From an uncultured Chloroflexia bacterium (GTDB lineage Bacteria > Chloroflexota > Dehalococcoidia > DSTF01 > JALHUB01): a stretch of DNA of 64,000 nt. Where the stretch lies: positions 704,001 to 768,000 of the forward strand of contig OY969814.1 of NCBI GenBank assembly GCA_963703345.1, written 5' to 3'. The notes beneath the pieces were generated by a model. It searched no databases. It saw only the letters and a program-made list of their open reading frames with translations, and was not told the origin of the DNA. This document shows, piece after piece, positions 47,765 through 57,498 of this stretch; position 1 is the stretch's first letter, and the number at the start of each line of letters is the position of its first letter. Both the position numbers and the translations under genes were made by a program.

Positions 47765-50700
47765 CTAAGGACTGTAGGCCGCAGACTCCTGCCCGACCAG
47801 GTTCACCAGGTTGCCCATTCCCAGGCCGGCGTCATAGAGGTGCAACCCCCAATCGGCACCGATTGTCTCCGTCACAAGTGGCCTCGGATCGCCCGGGATA
47901 TTGGTGGGGTCAACCTGCAGCCAATTGGCGCCGCCGGAACTCACGCAGTGGGCCGTGTAGAGACCGGGGAAGGCCACATACGGCGTCGGCCAACCCGACG
48001 GGGGTGGCAGGTAGGGGCCGAGTGACCCAGGGAAAGGAGCGGTGCCGAAGTAGGGCAGCAGTGCGCCGGTTCCTCCTGAAAGCGACGCCGGGTTGGTGCA
48101 CAGCACGTCTTCGGTATTCGGGTCGCCCGGCGTCAGGCCGTTCCCCACCCTGCCAAACATGCTAGTGGGCGGTGGCGGCTCAAGCCAGCTGGAGTAAGCC
48201 ACCACGCAGCCTGTTTGGGTGGTAGACCGGCAGGCTGGAATGTTCTGGAAGTCGCCGCCGGCATCCTGGCCTTTGGCGACCAAGACGTTGCCGCCGAGGA
48301 TCAGGGCCGAGACAAGCTTGGCACGCACCGCCGGGTTGGGGTCGATCTCGTTGTGGACCAGTTGCCTCATCATGAACGACCCTTGCGAGTGGCTGATGAG
48401 GACAACCCCTCGGCCGTTGTTGTAGTTAGCCATATAGTCCTGCCAAGCGGCGAGGACGTCACTGTATGCCAGATCAAAGACCGCCGGCGTAATCCATCCG
48501 AGACTGATCGCGGGGAGCGTGAACTGCCGGTACACCGGGGCGTACATCTTGCACACCTTGGAGAAGTGCGCATACTGGTTGGCGATCGCTATCTCCTCCG
48601 GATCGATGTTCAGATTGGCGTTGGGGGTGAACTGGCTGCTCACGGTCGGGTAGACGAAGAAGCAGTCGATCGGTGGGTCCGGCGTCGGCACCGGTGGTGG
48701 CTCAAGCACAATCGTGCCGTCGGCGTAGATCACGTCGGTGGTAAGATCGGTCACGCAGGGGTTGTCGGCCATCCCGGGGCGGCACAGCCAGACGGGCGCG
48801 GGACCGGCCGGTAGCGGAGTGACCGTATTGGTGGCGGTCGCCGTCGGCGGCCGCGGCGTCGCGGTGAGGGTCGAGGTGGCCGTCGGGGCAGGCGGCGGCG
48901 GCGTTCCTGACGCCCCGCCGGAACCTGCCTGGTCGTCAGGTATGGGCAGGTCGCAGGTGCTGTAGTTGCGACCGAAGACGAACTGGAGGTCCTTGATGTC
49001 GATGTCGTTGTCGGACCACTTGGGCTCCAGGTCGTACCACTGGTCGTAACCGTTCAGGCCGAGTGTCAAGCCGTACCGGAAGGCCTCTGCCTGGTCGTCC
49101 GCAACATCGACCGTGCAGTCGAGGTTGAGGTCACCCTCGAGCATCCGGAGCGTGATGAAGGCGCTACCGCACACCGTGGTGAGCTGGCCGGGGAGGGTAC
49201 CCTGGATCTGCTCGCCCTGGGTGTCGGTAACTTCGCAGTCCTTGTCGGCGATGGTAGTTACCACGCCGTTGTCCTTCGTCGGCCGGAAGTGAGCGGTGTA
49301 GATCAGGTTGGCCAAGTTCGGCGTGATGTAGATCTCTGACACCACGCCGTTCGGGCTGCTGACTGTGCAGCCGGGGTCAACACCCACCTGGCACCCGTTA
49401 GGTCCGGGCTTGTTCTGCGGCACCAACGACCACGTCTGCGTCACCGGGTCGTACACCCAGGCCAACGCATCCTTGGTCACGCAGCCTTCGAGAATCGAGG
49501 TCTCGGTCTGGACGGTGACGAAACAGCCGCCTGCCTCGTTGACGTTAACGACGCGGCCGCCGCTGGTGAGCCAGGCGTTGTCCGGAGCCGTTGACACGGA
49601 GACGAACTGCTTGTCCCAGAAGATCTCGTGCTCCCAGGCGCCGAGTCCCTCAGGAATGTTGTCGGAGTCGTTCGAGTTGTCCTTGTCGAAGATGCCGGTG
49701 ACGTACTCGTCAATCTTCAGGCAGCCCTTGCCATTGGCGGCGAGGGCCTTCGCCGGGTCAATTACGGGCTGGCCCAGGCTGTCCAAAACGACGTGGCCGT
49801 TCGCGTCAAGCAGCCAGCAACCGGCCTTCGTGAGCCACAGGACGGCGCTGTCCTGGACACCCTCCGAGTGAATGTCGGCGTCCTTCTGCATCTTCACGCC
49901 GGGAACCGTAGTGGCCGTCGCCGTGTTCGTCGGCGTGTCGGTGACAGTCGGCGTGTCAGTCGGCGTGTTCGTCGGCGTGTTCGTCGGCGTCTCAGTCGGC
50001 GTGTTCGTCGGCGTGTTCGTCGGCGTCTGCGTCGGCGTTAGCGTCGGCGTGTTCGTGATCGTCGGCGTGTTCGTGTTCGTCTTCGTGGGCGTTGGCGTCC
50101 ACGTCGGCGGCTCGCCCTTGAAGTCCAGCCCGTCGAAGCACCTGTTCAACTCACCTGTGTTGGGCGGGCAGCTTATGTTCTGGTTCGTGCCCTTGTCCGC
50201 CTCGGTGGCTTCGATCACGGTCAGGGTGTCGATGCCCTCTGCCAGGCTCTTGAACGAGATCTCGGCGAGAGGCGCTGCGACTAGGTCGCCCGTGGGCAGG
50301 GTGGGAGTACCGCTCCCCATGAAGCAGCCGAGATAGGCCACGCCCCTAGGACCGCTGGGGTCAAGGTCACAGGTCGGCAGTGCGTTGCCGGAGGCGGTGC
50401 AATCCCAGTTGAGGGAAGTGCCCAGGTTGGGCGAGGTCATCGAGGACGTGCCGGTGTTGGCGTCCGGGTTGGAATCCAAGTTGAAGTCAGTGACTCCGTC
50501 CGTCACGCACTCGTTCAGAGTTCTGTCGTACGACACCTGGAAGTCGAAGGCAGCCGGTGGTCCGTTGGTGCCACCCACCGATGTGCCGGCGCCAACCAGA
50601 CAGACGGCGACCTTGTAGGTTGTGCCAACCGGGTACACAGTGGTGGGGTAATCGCCGGGGACTTGCGGCGTTACCGGGTTGCAGTCCTTGCTGCCGTTGG

Positions 50701-51427
50701 TGACGACGCCATCGGTGACGTCCATGTCCAGAGCGATGTGGACATCACCGGCGTCGCAGACCAGGTCCTGGTTGATGTCGCAGGCCGGATCCGGGATCTT
50801 CCAGGCGGCGTCCAGAATGGCGCCCCAGGGGGTAACCGCGGTCCCGTCAAGGTTGCCACACGCCAGGTGCTGGATACGCGCGATCGCGGTGTAGTCCTGC
50901 GCGGGGTTGAAGCCCGGCAGCGTGGAGATTCCCACGCTCTTGATGCCCGAGAGGTAGCCAGTGTACGGGGCCTTCGTGACCGTGTTGATCACGACGTCGT
51001 AGCCGCCCGTGACCGCCAGGTTGCCGAGCGTGAGGCTGTTGTCCGCGTTCTGCGTGACGCCGTGGAAGTACGCGGTCGGGAGGTCCAGGAACAGGCCCTG
51101 GTCAGCCGCGGCCGCGTGGTACACGCCCATGCCTACGACGTCCTGTATCAGGCAGTCATTCGCGCCAAAGTAGAAGACTCCCGGCAGGTTCGGGTAGAAA
51201 GGCGTAAGGCCCCATGCAGTTTCCTGCGAGATCACGATGCCGCCCCCGGCGTCCAACATCGAGATGGCGCCGGTTACACCGCTCGCGGCAGCGCCCGGGA
51301 TGGACGACACCATGACCGTGGTCGGCGTGACCGCCTTGGCCGAGCCGCTGTGGCCGAAGAGCGAGAATCCACCAAGGATCAGGCCCATGACCGAGACGGC
51401 TGTTATGACTAGTAACGAACGCTTCAT
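47765..51427 (-). CDS. Large secreted protein: two cohesin-like domains, T/P linkers, dockerin-like domain, C-terminal DUF3089-type alpha/beta hydrolase
   Basis: ATG at 51427 (MKRSLLV, GGAGG RBS). [10 protein letters not shown]...LAEISFK and [12 protein letters not shown] (cohesin-like); [13 protein letters not shown]...[10 protein letters not shown] (dockerin-like); [30 protein letters not shown] (DUF3089-like). Confidence 0.75.
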   Translation of the reverse strand: MKRSLLVITAVSVMGLILGGFSLFGHSGSAKAVTPTTVMVSSIPGAAASGVTGAISMLDAGGGIVISQETAWGLTPFYPNLPGVFYFGANDCLIQDVVGMGVYHAAAADQGLFLDLPTAYFHGVTQNADNSLTLGNLAVTGGYDVVINTVTKAPYTGYLSGIKSVGISTLPGFNPAQDYTAIARIQHLACGNLDGTAVTPWGAILDAAWKIPDPACDINQDLVCDAGDVHIALDMDVTDGVVTNGSKDCNPVTPQVPGDYPTTVYPVGTTYKVAVCLVGAGTSVGGTNGPPAAFDFQVSYDRTLNECVTDGVTDFNLDSNPDANTGTSSMTSPNLGTSLNWDCTASGNALPTCDLDPSGPRGVAYLGCFMGSGTPTLPTGDLVAAPLAEISFKSLAEGIDTLTVIEATEADKGTNQNISCPPNTGELNRCFDGLDFKGEPPTWTPTPTKTNTNTPTITNTPTLTPTQTPTNTPTNTPTETPTNTPTNTPTDTPTVTDTPTNTATATTVPGVKMQKDADIHSEGVQDSAVLWLTKAGCWLLDANGHVVLDSLGQPVIDPAKALAANGKGCLKIDEYVTGIFDKDNSNDSDNIPEGLGAWEHEIFWDKQFVSVSTAPDNAWLTSGGRVVNVNEAGGCFVTVQTETSILEGCVTKDALAWVYDPVTQTWSLVPQNKPGPNGCQVGVDPGCTVSSPNGVVSEIYITPNLANLIYTAHFRPTKDNGVVTTIADKDCEVTDTQGEQIQGTLPGQLTTVCGSAFITLRMLEGDLNLDCTVDVADDQAEAFRYGLTLGLNGYDQWYDLEPKWSDNDIDIKDLQFVFGRNYSTCDLPIPDDQAGSGGASGTPPPPAPTATSTLTATPRPPTATATNTVTPLPAGPAPVWLCRPGMADNPCVTDLTTDVIYADGTIVLEPPPVPTPDPPIDCFFVYPTVSSQFTPNANLNIDPEEIAIANQYAHFSKVCKMYAPVYRQFTLPAISLGWITPAVFDLAYSDVLAAWQDYMANYNNGRGVVLISHSQGSFMMRQLVHNEIDPNPAVRAKLVSALILGGNVLVAKGQDAGGDFQNIPACRSTTQTGCVVAYSSWLEPPPPTSMFGRVGNGLTPGDPNTEDVLCTNPASLSGGTGALLPYFGTAPFPGSLGPYLPPPSGWPTPYVAFPGLYTAHCVSSGGANWLQVDPTNIPGDPRPLVTETIGADWGLHLYDAGLGMGNLVNLVGQESAAYSP
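49915..50100 (-). repeat. Thr/Pro/Asn coding linker repeats
   Basis: Repeated gtcggcgtgttc units encoding TPTN. Confidence 0.85.
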
Positions 51428-51713
51428 TTGTCCGTCACCTCCCCCGATCACTTCGAGCGGACGTCTGCGGGGCCACGGCTCGCCATCACAGCGACGAATA
51501 TAAAGAACTGCAAGCCAAGCGCAAGGCGCCGGCCTACCGATTCTCTCACGCACGGGCGGGGAACTAATGCTGAACCACCAGTGTCGCGAGTATAAGTCGC
51601 GTTTTCAGATTTGTCAAGTGGATTCGTTGGAATGCCCAGAATCTGTCCCGAGATAACAAGAAAGGCCTGGACAGCTCCAGACCTTCTACCCGAACGGCTC
51701 ACTTCACCGCAGA

Positions 51714-52556
51714 TTATTCCTCGAATCCCTCCTCCGCGTCATCCTCGCCTTCCGTGGCCTCCTGGTAGTCTTGCAGCGTCATGTCCCCTTCGCTCGCCAC
51801 CGTCTCGGACTCCCACTCTTCGCCCTCTTCCGGCTCCTCCGCCGCGACCTCTTCCTCCTCCAGTTCGCGTCGCACCAGCCTGTCCTTAACGTAAGGCCGC
51901 ACCGTCTCGCCGCTGACTGCCGGGAAGGAAGGTCGGCCCTGCTGGCTGGGATGCTGGTAGATCTCGCGAATGATGACCCGTTGGTCCGACAAACTCGCCA
52001 CCGCCACGACGTAACGGTTACCCCCGTCCATAAGACGCGAGAGGCGTAGCCCCAGCTTCGGCTCGAGTTGCCCGACGTACTCGCCGTCCAGGGTGACGAC
52101 CGCCAGCGTGTTGTCCCGCGGCCTCAACCCCAGCGTATCGCCAGCCGTCAGGCGGCCCAGGGCCTCCGGTGCGACAAATCGCAGATTCGCGATGCCTGTC
52201 TTGCCGGTCTCGGCGATGAACAGAGCGGGGTCTATCCGGCGCGGCCCGTCGGCCTGCGCCGCCGCCGCCTTCGCTCGCACTTCCAGCCGTTCGAGGTTCT
52301 TGCGGGCTATGCTGTTCAGAGGCTCAAGCTCCAGCGCTCTCTCGTAGGCCATGCGCGCATCCTCGTACTTGCCCATCTCCATCAGCGCCTTGCCCAGCCG
52401 GTTGTAGGCATCGACGTCCGACGGGAACATGCTAATTAGCGAGCGGTTGACTGCCACCGCCTCTTTCCAGCGACTCTCCAGAGCCAACTGAATCGCCTGC
52501 TCCACGCGCTGGCGTCTCAGCCGAGTCGTCTCGCCGGTCTGGTAGTTCATCACCAT
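51714..52556 (-). CDS. Tetratricopeptide repeat protein with acidic C-terminal tail
   Basis: DAYNRLGKALMEMGKYEDARMAYERALELEPLNSIA TPR; FIAETGKTG; start at MVMNYQ. Confidence 0.85.
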   Translation of the reverse strand: MVMNYQTGETTRLRRQRVEQAIQLALESRWKEAVAVNRSLISMFPSDVDAYNRLGKALMEMGKYEDARMAYERALELEPLNSIARKNLERLEVRAKAAAAQADGPRRIDPALFIAETGKTGIANLRFVAPEALGRLTAGDTLGLRPRDNTLAVVTLDGEYVGQLEPKLGLRLSRLMDGGNRYVVAVASLSDQRVIIREIYQHPSQQGRPSFPAVSGETVRPYVKDRLVRRELEEEEVAAEEPEEGEEWESETVASEGDMTLQDYQEATEGEDDAEEGFEE

Positions 52557-52744
52557 CGCATCATCCCATCTACCTATTGTAGCTCGGCTATCTTGTGCCG
52601 AACTTGAGTGTTTCTGAAGAAACTGTGAGAAAAACACTCGATAGCGGGCGTGCGGCCATCGCACCCTCGATTCAAGAGCGACAAATACCGGAATTCCAGC
52701 CATTTGTCAAGCAGGAGGGGTTATTGGATGTTCGAGAAGGAGGC

Positions 52745-52822
52745 TGGTCGGGGTGGGCAGATTTGAACTGCCGACCTCACGGTCCCGAACCGTGCGCTCT
52801 AGCCTAACTGAGCTACACCCCG
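52745..52822 (-). tRNA. tRNA-Pro (anticodon CGG)
   Basis: CGGGGTGTAGCTCAGTTAGGCTAGAGCGCACGGTTCGGGACCGTGAGGTCGGCAGTTCAAATCTGCCCACCCCGACCA; full cloverleaf with encoded CCA. Confidence 0.97.
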
Positions 52823-52955
52823 CGACCAAAGAAGCGTCGCGATCTCCCGACCGTTCGGACGGGAGGGCGCCGGCGTCAACGATGATAGCAGACGGCCGCG
52901 AAGGTGTCGAGGCGGAACCGGCGCTCGGGGTGGGAGGCGATGGCCTGCGGTGTCG

Positions 52956-53199
52956 CCTAATTGACCCATTGAATTCAATTGTTTCTTGCGTTGTCTTCTG
53001 AATCTGGATGATGTCGGTCTGAATCTGCGAAAGTGGCGCAAAAGTGCGCGTTTTGGGGCGTCGCGGAAAGCGGAGGCGAGGTGTCCCAGATCCGGACAAG
53101 GTGAACGGGCGGACGGAGTGCATGGCGTCGAAGGCCTTTCGGGAGTTGTCGGAGGTGAGGATAGCAGAGGCGAGGGGGATTTGGAAGCGGCTGGTGGCA
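52956..53199 (-). repeat. Dispersed element 'R', copy B (lacks the tRNA half; abuts the ATPase stop codon)
   Basis: Reverse complement ctctgctatcct...atgcac...cagattcagaccgacatcatccagattc...aattgaattcaatgggtcaatta aligns with copy A. Confidence 0.88.
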
Positions 53200-55683
53200 C
53201 TAAGGAGACTGCCGCTTCTTGAGGTTCCAAGACGTGCCCCCGCAATTGCATCGAACTGCTTCTTGGACTCGGCTCTCAGGCGAAACAACGACATGCAACA
53301 TTCCCTCGCATTGAGCACATCTGAACAGGTTCCAGAGGTCGTGAAATGCGTCCGCAACAACCCGGAAGTCCGCAGGGCTCAAGTTGTGCCAATTGTTATA
53401 GTGCACGCTAGCGTCAACCTGCCACATGTCAGCTCCAGATCTGCGCTTGACATCCGCAGCGGTCGCCTCAAGGACACCGAGACTCTGGATCCGGTCCCTG
53501 TCGTCCCACGAGTTCGCAGCGTCCTTTGCCGTCCTGACTAATGCACCGTGACGCTCTAACGCGGGGGGTAACAGGTCACCCAGCTCCCAGTTGGCACGAG
53601 GCTTGCACACAACTCGTGCCAAAAGAGATTCGCACGCGAGGGTAAAGAACTGCTCGGACGCCCGGCGCAGTTCAGAGGCCGCATCGGGGATCTGGTTGCG
53701 CTCGATATGTTGCTCTATGTGCAGCCACGTGTCGAGATTATTGTCCCATTTGGGTCCGGTCTGAACATTCCAGCCGAAGAACTCGACGAGATTGCGTTGC
53801 GCGACTACACCCTCACTCCTCAATGAGAAAGCCCAACTCCTATCGTGTGTCGTGATAAGGAACTGTCTGTCAGGGAACTCCGTAGCGAGCACTCTACAGA
53901 TCTCTCTCCTGTGACCCTCGTCGACCGACGTCACTATGTCGTCCAAGACGACTAGATCGATGAGGCCTGCGGTGAGCCGCTCCGCGAGGGCCAGGTAAAG
54001 GCACAAGCCCATGCTGTCCTGATGCCCTTCGCTGTGAAGGGCCTGAGGCGGATATTGTCCAAGACCGTAAAAGTCGACCGCCAGTTTGAGGGCTGCACCA
54101 GCCGGTTCGAGTTTAGCATCGAATGTGCCCTCGTCGTCTTTGTGCAATTGACGGTAGAGCGCGACGAAGCGGTCCTTGATTTCGTCATAGAGTTTGCTTA
54201 GGACTTCGTTTCGGGCAGCCTCAAAACATTCAAGAAGCACGCCCGCTTTGCCTTCAGCCGCTGTTATGCGCGCAAGGTAGGCCTCGGAGCTTTCGAGGAC
54301 CTTTGCATTGCTTTCCAATGTGGTCAGAGTATCCCAGGCGGTCCACTCTGGCGGTGTCTCCGGGCAACAACTGCTTACGGCATCTTCAACAAGGCCCACC
54401 GTTGCGGCGGCTTCAGGGGGGGCAAACAATCGCATGACGGCAAACTCGCTCTCTGAAAGCCGCTCATACTCTTCCACTGGAGACTCCAGCGCGGTCAGGA
54501 ATTCATTGAGTTTCGATTGCCACGTAACTAAAGGCTGACATTTCGTCTCGATGCCCAAGTTGCGCGCTGGTGCTAAGAGAACCTGTATATTGGCAGCAGC
54601 CACTTGCACTGGCCCAACGAGAGAGTCGCTCAGTTCGTCAATCGTCTTCTGTTGGTCCGCAGCGAGCCTCGCTTGAGAAAGCCTCCGTTCTAGGTGCTTG
54701 CGCAGTTCGTCCTCGGGCCAAGGCGTTTCGCATAGGGGGCAAGCGCCGCTCTCATCGATAAGGTCGACGCCCATTTCGATCAACTGACGTACTGTCAAGT
54801 CACGGCGCATCTGCGCATCTTCTCGGACCTGATTGACGGTTGCCAGAAGATTGCGCTGGGCCGTCACTAGGCGCTCTGCCGAATCGCCGGGATCCATCAA
54901 CGGCCTGAGACTAGCGATAGCGCGTTCAACTGCTTTGCGATCGATTGGTCTGCTCTCCGAGCTCGGCTTTGCTGGTGGCACCAGTGCGCCTTTCAGAGTT
55001 GTGCTGGAGAGTCGCTCTATCGCTTGGCCGCCCAAAGCGACCCGGAGTTCGTTAGCGCGCTTCAGGACAGCTTCACCGTTGTAGAGTGGTAGCCCAAGAG
55101 TGGCTGCGATGGTTGCCCGCCCGCGGCCAACCTCTTTTTTCAGCGATGATATTTGGTCTTCGAGTTGGCGTCTTGCGTTGACCAGTGCACGGCGAACTTC
55201 CTCTACCTCTGAAATGTTCAGCAACCTTTGAACTTGCTCGCCTCGCTCCCCTGCACGGGATGTGACGTATCTGTGCAGCTCCCGGCGGGTAAGAACATAT
55301 TGTCCCCTCTTCGCAACAGATAGGACTCTGTCAACGAAGGGCCGAACCGCCTCATCGCAGTCCAGGCTACGTGGCGAAGCCATGTTTCGTGAGATCGTTA
55401 CCTCGATCGGTTGGGAATCGCCCTGTATCAGAAGCCGGGCTCTCACAGTGGCTTGTGATAGCTCGTGGCCCGCATGGGGTCCGTGTTCCTCAAGCGAGAC
55501 GCCTTCTGTGCCAGCGCCGGTAAGCCGCGATATCTGGCCTGTGAGCAAGAAATCAAGGGCGTCAACAACGCCACTCTTCCCGCATCCGTTGGGTCCCCAG
55601 ATGACAAGGTTTCTGCCTTCCGCCTGAAGCGGTAGTGCGCATATCCCGCGAACGTTCTCGACCGCCAGCTCAAGGAGTCTCAT
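53200..55683 (-). CDS. Rad50/SMC-like ABC ATPase with zinc hook and C-terminal extension (RloC-like candidate)
   Basis: Walker A GPNGCGKS, coiled coils, CPLC hook, signature HSEGH, Walker B VVLDD, ITTHD; C-terminal LRRASE...VHYNNW plus CAQC/CNC; atypical codon usage. Confidence 0.8.
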   Translation of the reverse strand: MRLLELAVENVRGICALPLQAEGRNLVIWGPNGCGKSGVVDALDFLLTGQISRLTGAGTEGVSLEEHGPHAGHELSQATVRARLLIQGDSQPIEVTISRNMASPRSLDCDEAVRPFVDRVLSVAKRGQYVLTRRELHRYVTSRAGERGEQVQRLLNISEVEEVRRALVNARRQLEDQISSLKKEVGRGRATIAATLGLPLYNGEAVLKRANELRVALGGQAIERLSSTTLKGALVPPAKPSSESRPIDRKAVERAIASLRPLMDPGDSAERLVTAQRNLLATVNQVREDAQMRRDLTVRQLIEMGVDLIDESGACPLCETPWPEDELRKHLERRLSQARLAADQQKTIDELSDSLVGPVQVAAANIQVLLAPARNLGIETKCQPLVTWQSKLNEFLTALESPVEEYERLSESEFAVMRLFAPPEAAATVGLVEDAVSSCCPETPPEWTAWDTLTTLESNAKVLESSEAYLARITAAEGKAGVLLECFEAARNEVLSKLYDEIKDRFVALYRQLHKDDEGTFDAKLEPAGAALKLAVDFYGLGQYPPQALHSEGHQDSMGLCLYLALAERLTAGLIDLVVLDDIVTSVDEGHRREICRVLATEFPDRQFLITTHDRSWAFSLRSEGVVAQRNLVEFFGWNVQTGPKWDNNLDTWLHIEQHIERNQIPDAASELRRASEQFFTLACESLLARVVCKPRANWELGDLLPPALERHGALVRTAKDAANSWDDRDRIQSLGVLEATAADVKRRSGADMWQVDASVHYNNWHNLSPADFRVVADAFHDLWNLFRCAQCEGMLHVVVSPESRVQEAVRCNCGGTSWNLKKRQSP

Positions 55684-55867
55684 GATCGGTGCCTCCCTTT
55701 TTCAACAATGCGACCAGTAGCTCGGGCTTGCGAAACCCGCCCGAACCGGCCAGATCCACTAAGGCCTCGATCTCGCTGGGTTGGAAGACTTTGCGACGTT
55801 CAACTAGATCAAGCGTCTTAGCTAGGATTTGGGAGGGGAGGGATGGAGGAATGTCTTGATCAGCCAT
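55670..55867 (-). CDS. Small protein translationally coupled to the ATPase
   Basis: AAGGAGA RBS; 65 aa; its 3' end overlaps the ATPase start. Confidence 0.7.
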   Translation of the reverse strand: MADQDIPPSLPSQILAKTLDLVERRKVFQPSEIEALVDLAGSGGFRKPELLVALLKKGGTDHETP

Positions 55868-56112
55868 GATTTAGTCTCCTTCGGTTCATCATGAGCCGAA
55901 CCGCCGTGCGGATCTCCCAGATTATACCACTGGTTCTGGGACGATGAAGCCAGCGAAAGGAGGAGGGAGCGGAGGTCGGGCGGTTGCGGCTTGCGCGCTG
56001 TGAGGAGCGAAGGGCGGGTGCAGGCCGTGAAACTTAGGGGATTGCCGCCGGAGCGGTCCAGCGGCAATCGGCGTCAGCGCGACGAGCAGTAGCCCGCCTT
56101 GCGGCGCGGCAT

Positions 56113-56382
56113 CTACATGTGCTGTTCGTGCGCCTTGCGGATATCCTCCGGCGTGAACTTCGTCAACGGCGTGACCTTCGTCCGGCTGCGACGGCTGGCG
56201 GGCACGAAGCCCAACGCGCTCGACTCGCTGTCCGCCTGCACTATCGCCACGGCGCGGTGCTCCCCGGATAGACAGCCAAATTCGAGGGTGTCAAAGACCT
56301 TCGGGTCTTCCTTGATTATTGTGTCCATCTCCAGCAGACACTCTTCGGGCGTATGGGTGGACTCTATCAGGTAATCCGACAT
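56113..56382 (-). CDS. Small hypothetical protein
   Basis: AAGGAG RBS; YLIESTHTPEEC...FGCLSGEH. Confidence 0.7.
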   Translation of the reverse strand: MSDYLIESTHTPEECLLEMDTIIKEDPKVFDTLEFGCLSGEHRAVAIVQADSESSALGFVPASRRSRTKVTPLTKFTPEDIRKAHEQHM

Positions 56383-56631
56383 TTCAGTACTCCTTCTTTT
56401 CTCAGTCTCTTACCGACCTTTCAATATAGAGCGGCGGGATGCCGGAAGCGTGATTCGCCCGTTGACGCCCGTGAAGGAAGCGTGAAGAACGCCCGACCGA
56501 CGCGCCCGGCGCGGCCGCCGCTGTAACGGCGTTCGACGGCGGCCGTTCTTCTTTAGTGGGAGAGGCAGCAGCCTATCCCAGGACAGTCTGTTGAGGCGCT
56601 GAACCGAGGGCATGCCTCCCTGTTGGGGGCG

Positions 56632-56700
56632 TGGCGGCAAGCTGCGGCGGGTCGCTTGGTCACCGAGACCCTCGGCGAGCCAGTGGTGAAACCGGCAACA
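56632..56700 (+). ncRNA. Candidate c-di-GMP-II-like riboswitch
   Basis: GCAAGCTG...GGGTC/GACCC stem with a TGGTCACC loop, followed by GAGCCAGTGGTGAAACCGGC (possible TCACC/GGTGA pseudoknot). Confidence 0.4.
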
Positions 56701-56801
56701 GCGGATCCGAGAGATCGGGTCGGGGAGTTGCCGGTTTCATGTTCTTTCCACTGCCGGGGTCAGCGCTAAAGAGACTGCGACGGCTCGCGCCTCGCCTTCT
56801 G

Positions 56802-57494
56802 ATGCCGCGGGGTCTTCTTGGCCTCCTCGCCCTGTTCGTCTTCCTGCCCCTGCTGACGGCCGCCCAGCCGGTCTGCCAGGTGCAACAGGCCCGCGACGGC
56901 TACGGGGTCGAGATCGTGATGGACGGCCAGACCTGGGACGACGCCAGCCTGAACGCTATCATCGACGCACTGGGAAAGCTGCCGCCGCACGTCGTCAACC
57001 AGCTCGGGAGCCGCGTGTACGGCCGCCTCTACATCCTGTCCAACGACGAGTCGCGCACCATGTCGGGGAGCAAGGTCTACTCCAGCGGCGCCAACTTCTA
57101 CTCAAACAACGACGGTCGCAACGAGCTGGTCCTTTATCCAGACCAGGGCACCCTGACCGTCCTCCACGAGCTCGGTCACGCCTACCAGCTTCGGATGGTC
57201 CCGCCCGGTCGCTATGCCTGGGTCTTCTTTCAGGAGGAGATGCGCGATTTCATGGCCGCCACCGGCTGGCGCCTCCTCAGCAGCGACGCCGAAGTGGCCG
57301 CGGCCGTCGACCAGACGCAGCTCAGCTTCGCCTACGACGGCCCGCAGGTCTGGCAGTTTATGTCGAACAACGACCCGCTGGAGGACTACGCGAACTCCTT
57401 CGCCCTCTTCTTCTACGACCCGCAGCAGCTCCAGCAGCTCTCGCCCGCCCGCTACCAGTGGATGCAGGCCAACGTCGCCACCGAGGCCCGCTGA
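56802..57494 (+). CDS. Secreted zinc metallopeptidase (HExxH...E)
   Basis: Signal peptide; VLHELGH; downstream PLEDYANSF; start uncertain. Confidence 0.75.
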   Translation: MPRGLLGLLALFVFLPLLTAAQPVCQVQQARDGYGVEIVMDGQTWDDASLNAIIDALGKLPPHVVNQLGSRVYGRLYILSNDESRTMSGSKVYSSGANFYSNNDGRNELVLYPDQGTLTVLHELGHAYQLRMVPPGRYAWVFFQEEMRDFMAATGWRLLSSDAEVAAAVDQTQLSFAYDGPQVWQFMSNNDPLEDYANSFALFFYDPQQLQQLSPARYQWMQANVATEAR

Positions 57495-57498
57495 CGAG

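Noticed and set aside
52707-53360. 217-aa ORF spanning tRNA-Pro and element R
   Set aside because: It overlaps a bona fide tRNA and a non-coding repeat, so it is spurious.
52745-55900. Classical island integrated into tRNA-Pro
   Set aside because: The foreign genes lie on the 5' side of the tRNA. I saw no duplicated tRNA-Pro 3' end and no integrase in the window.
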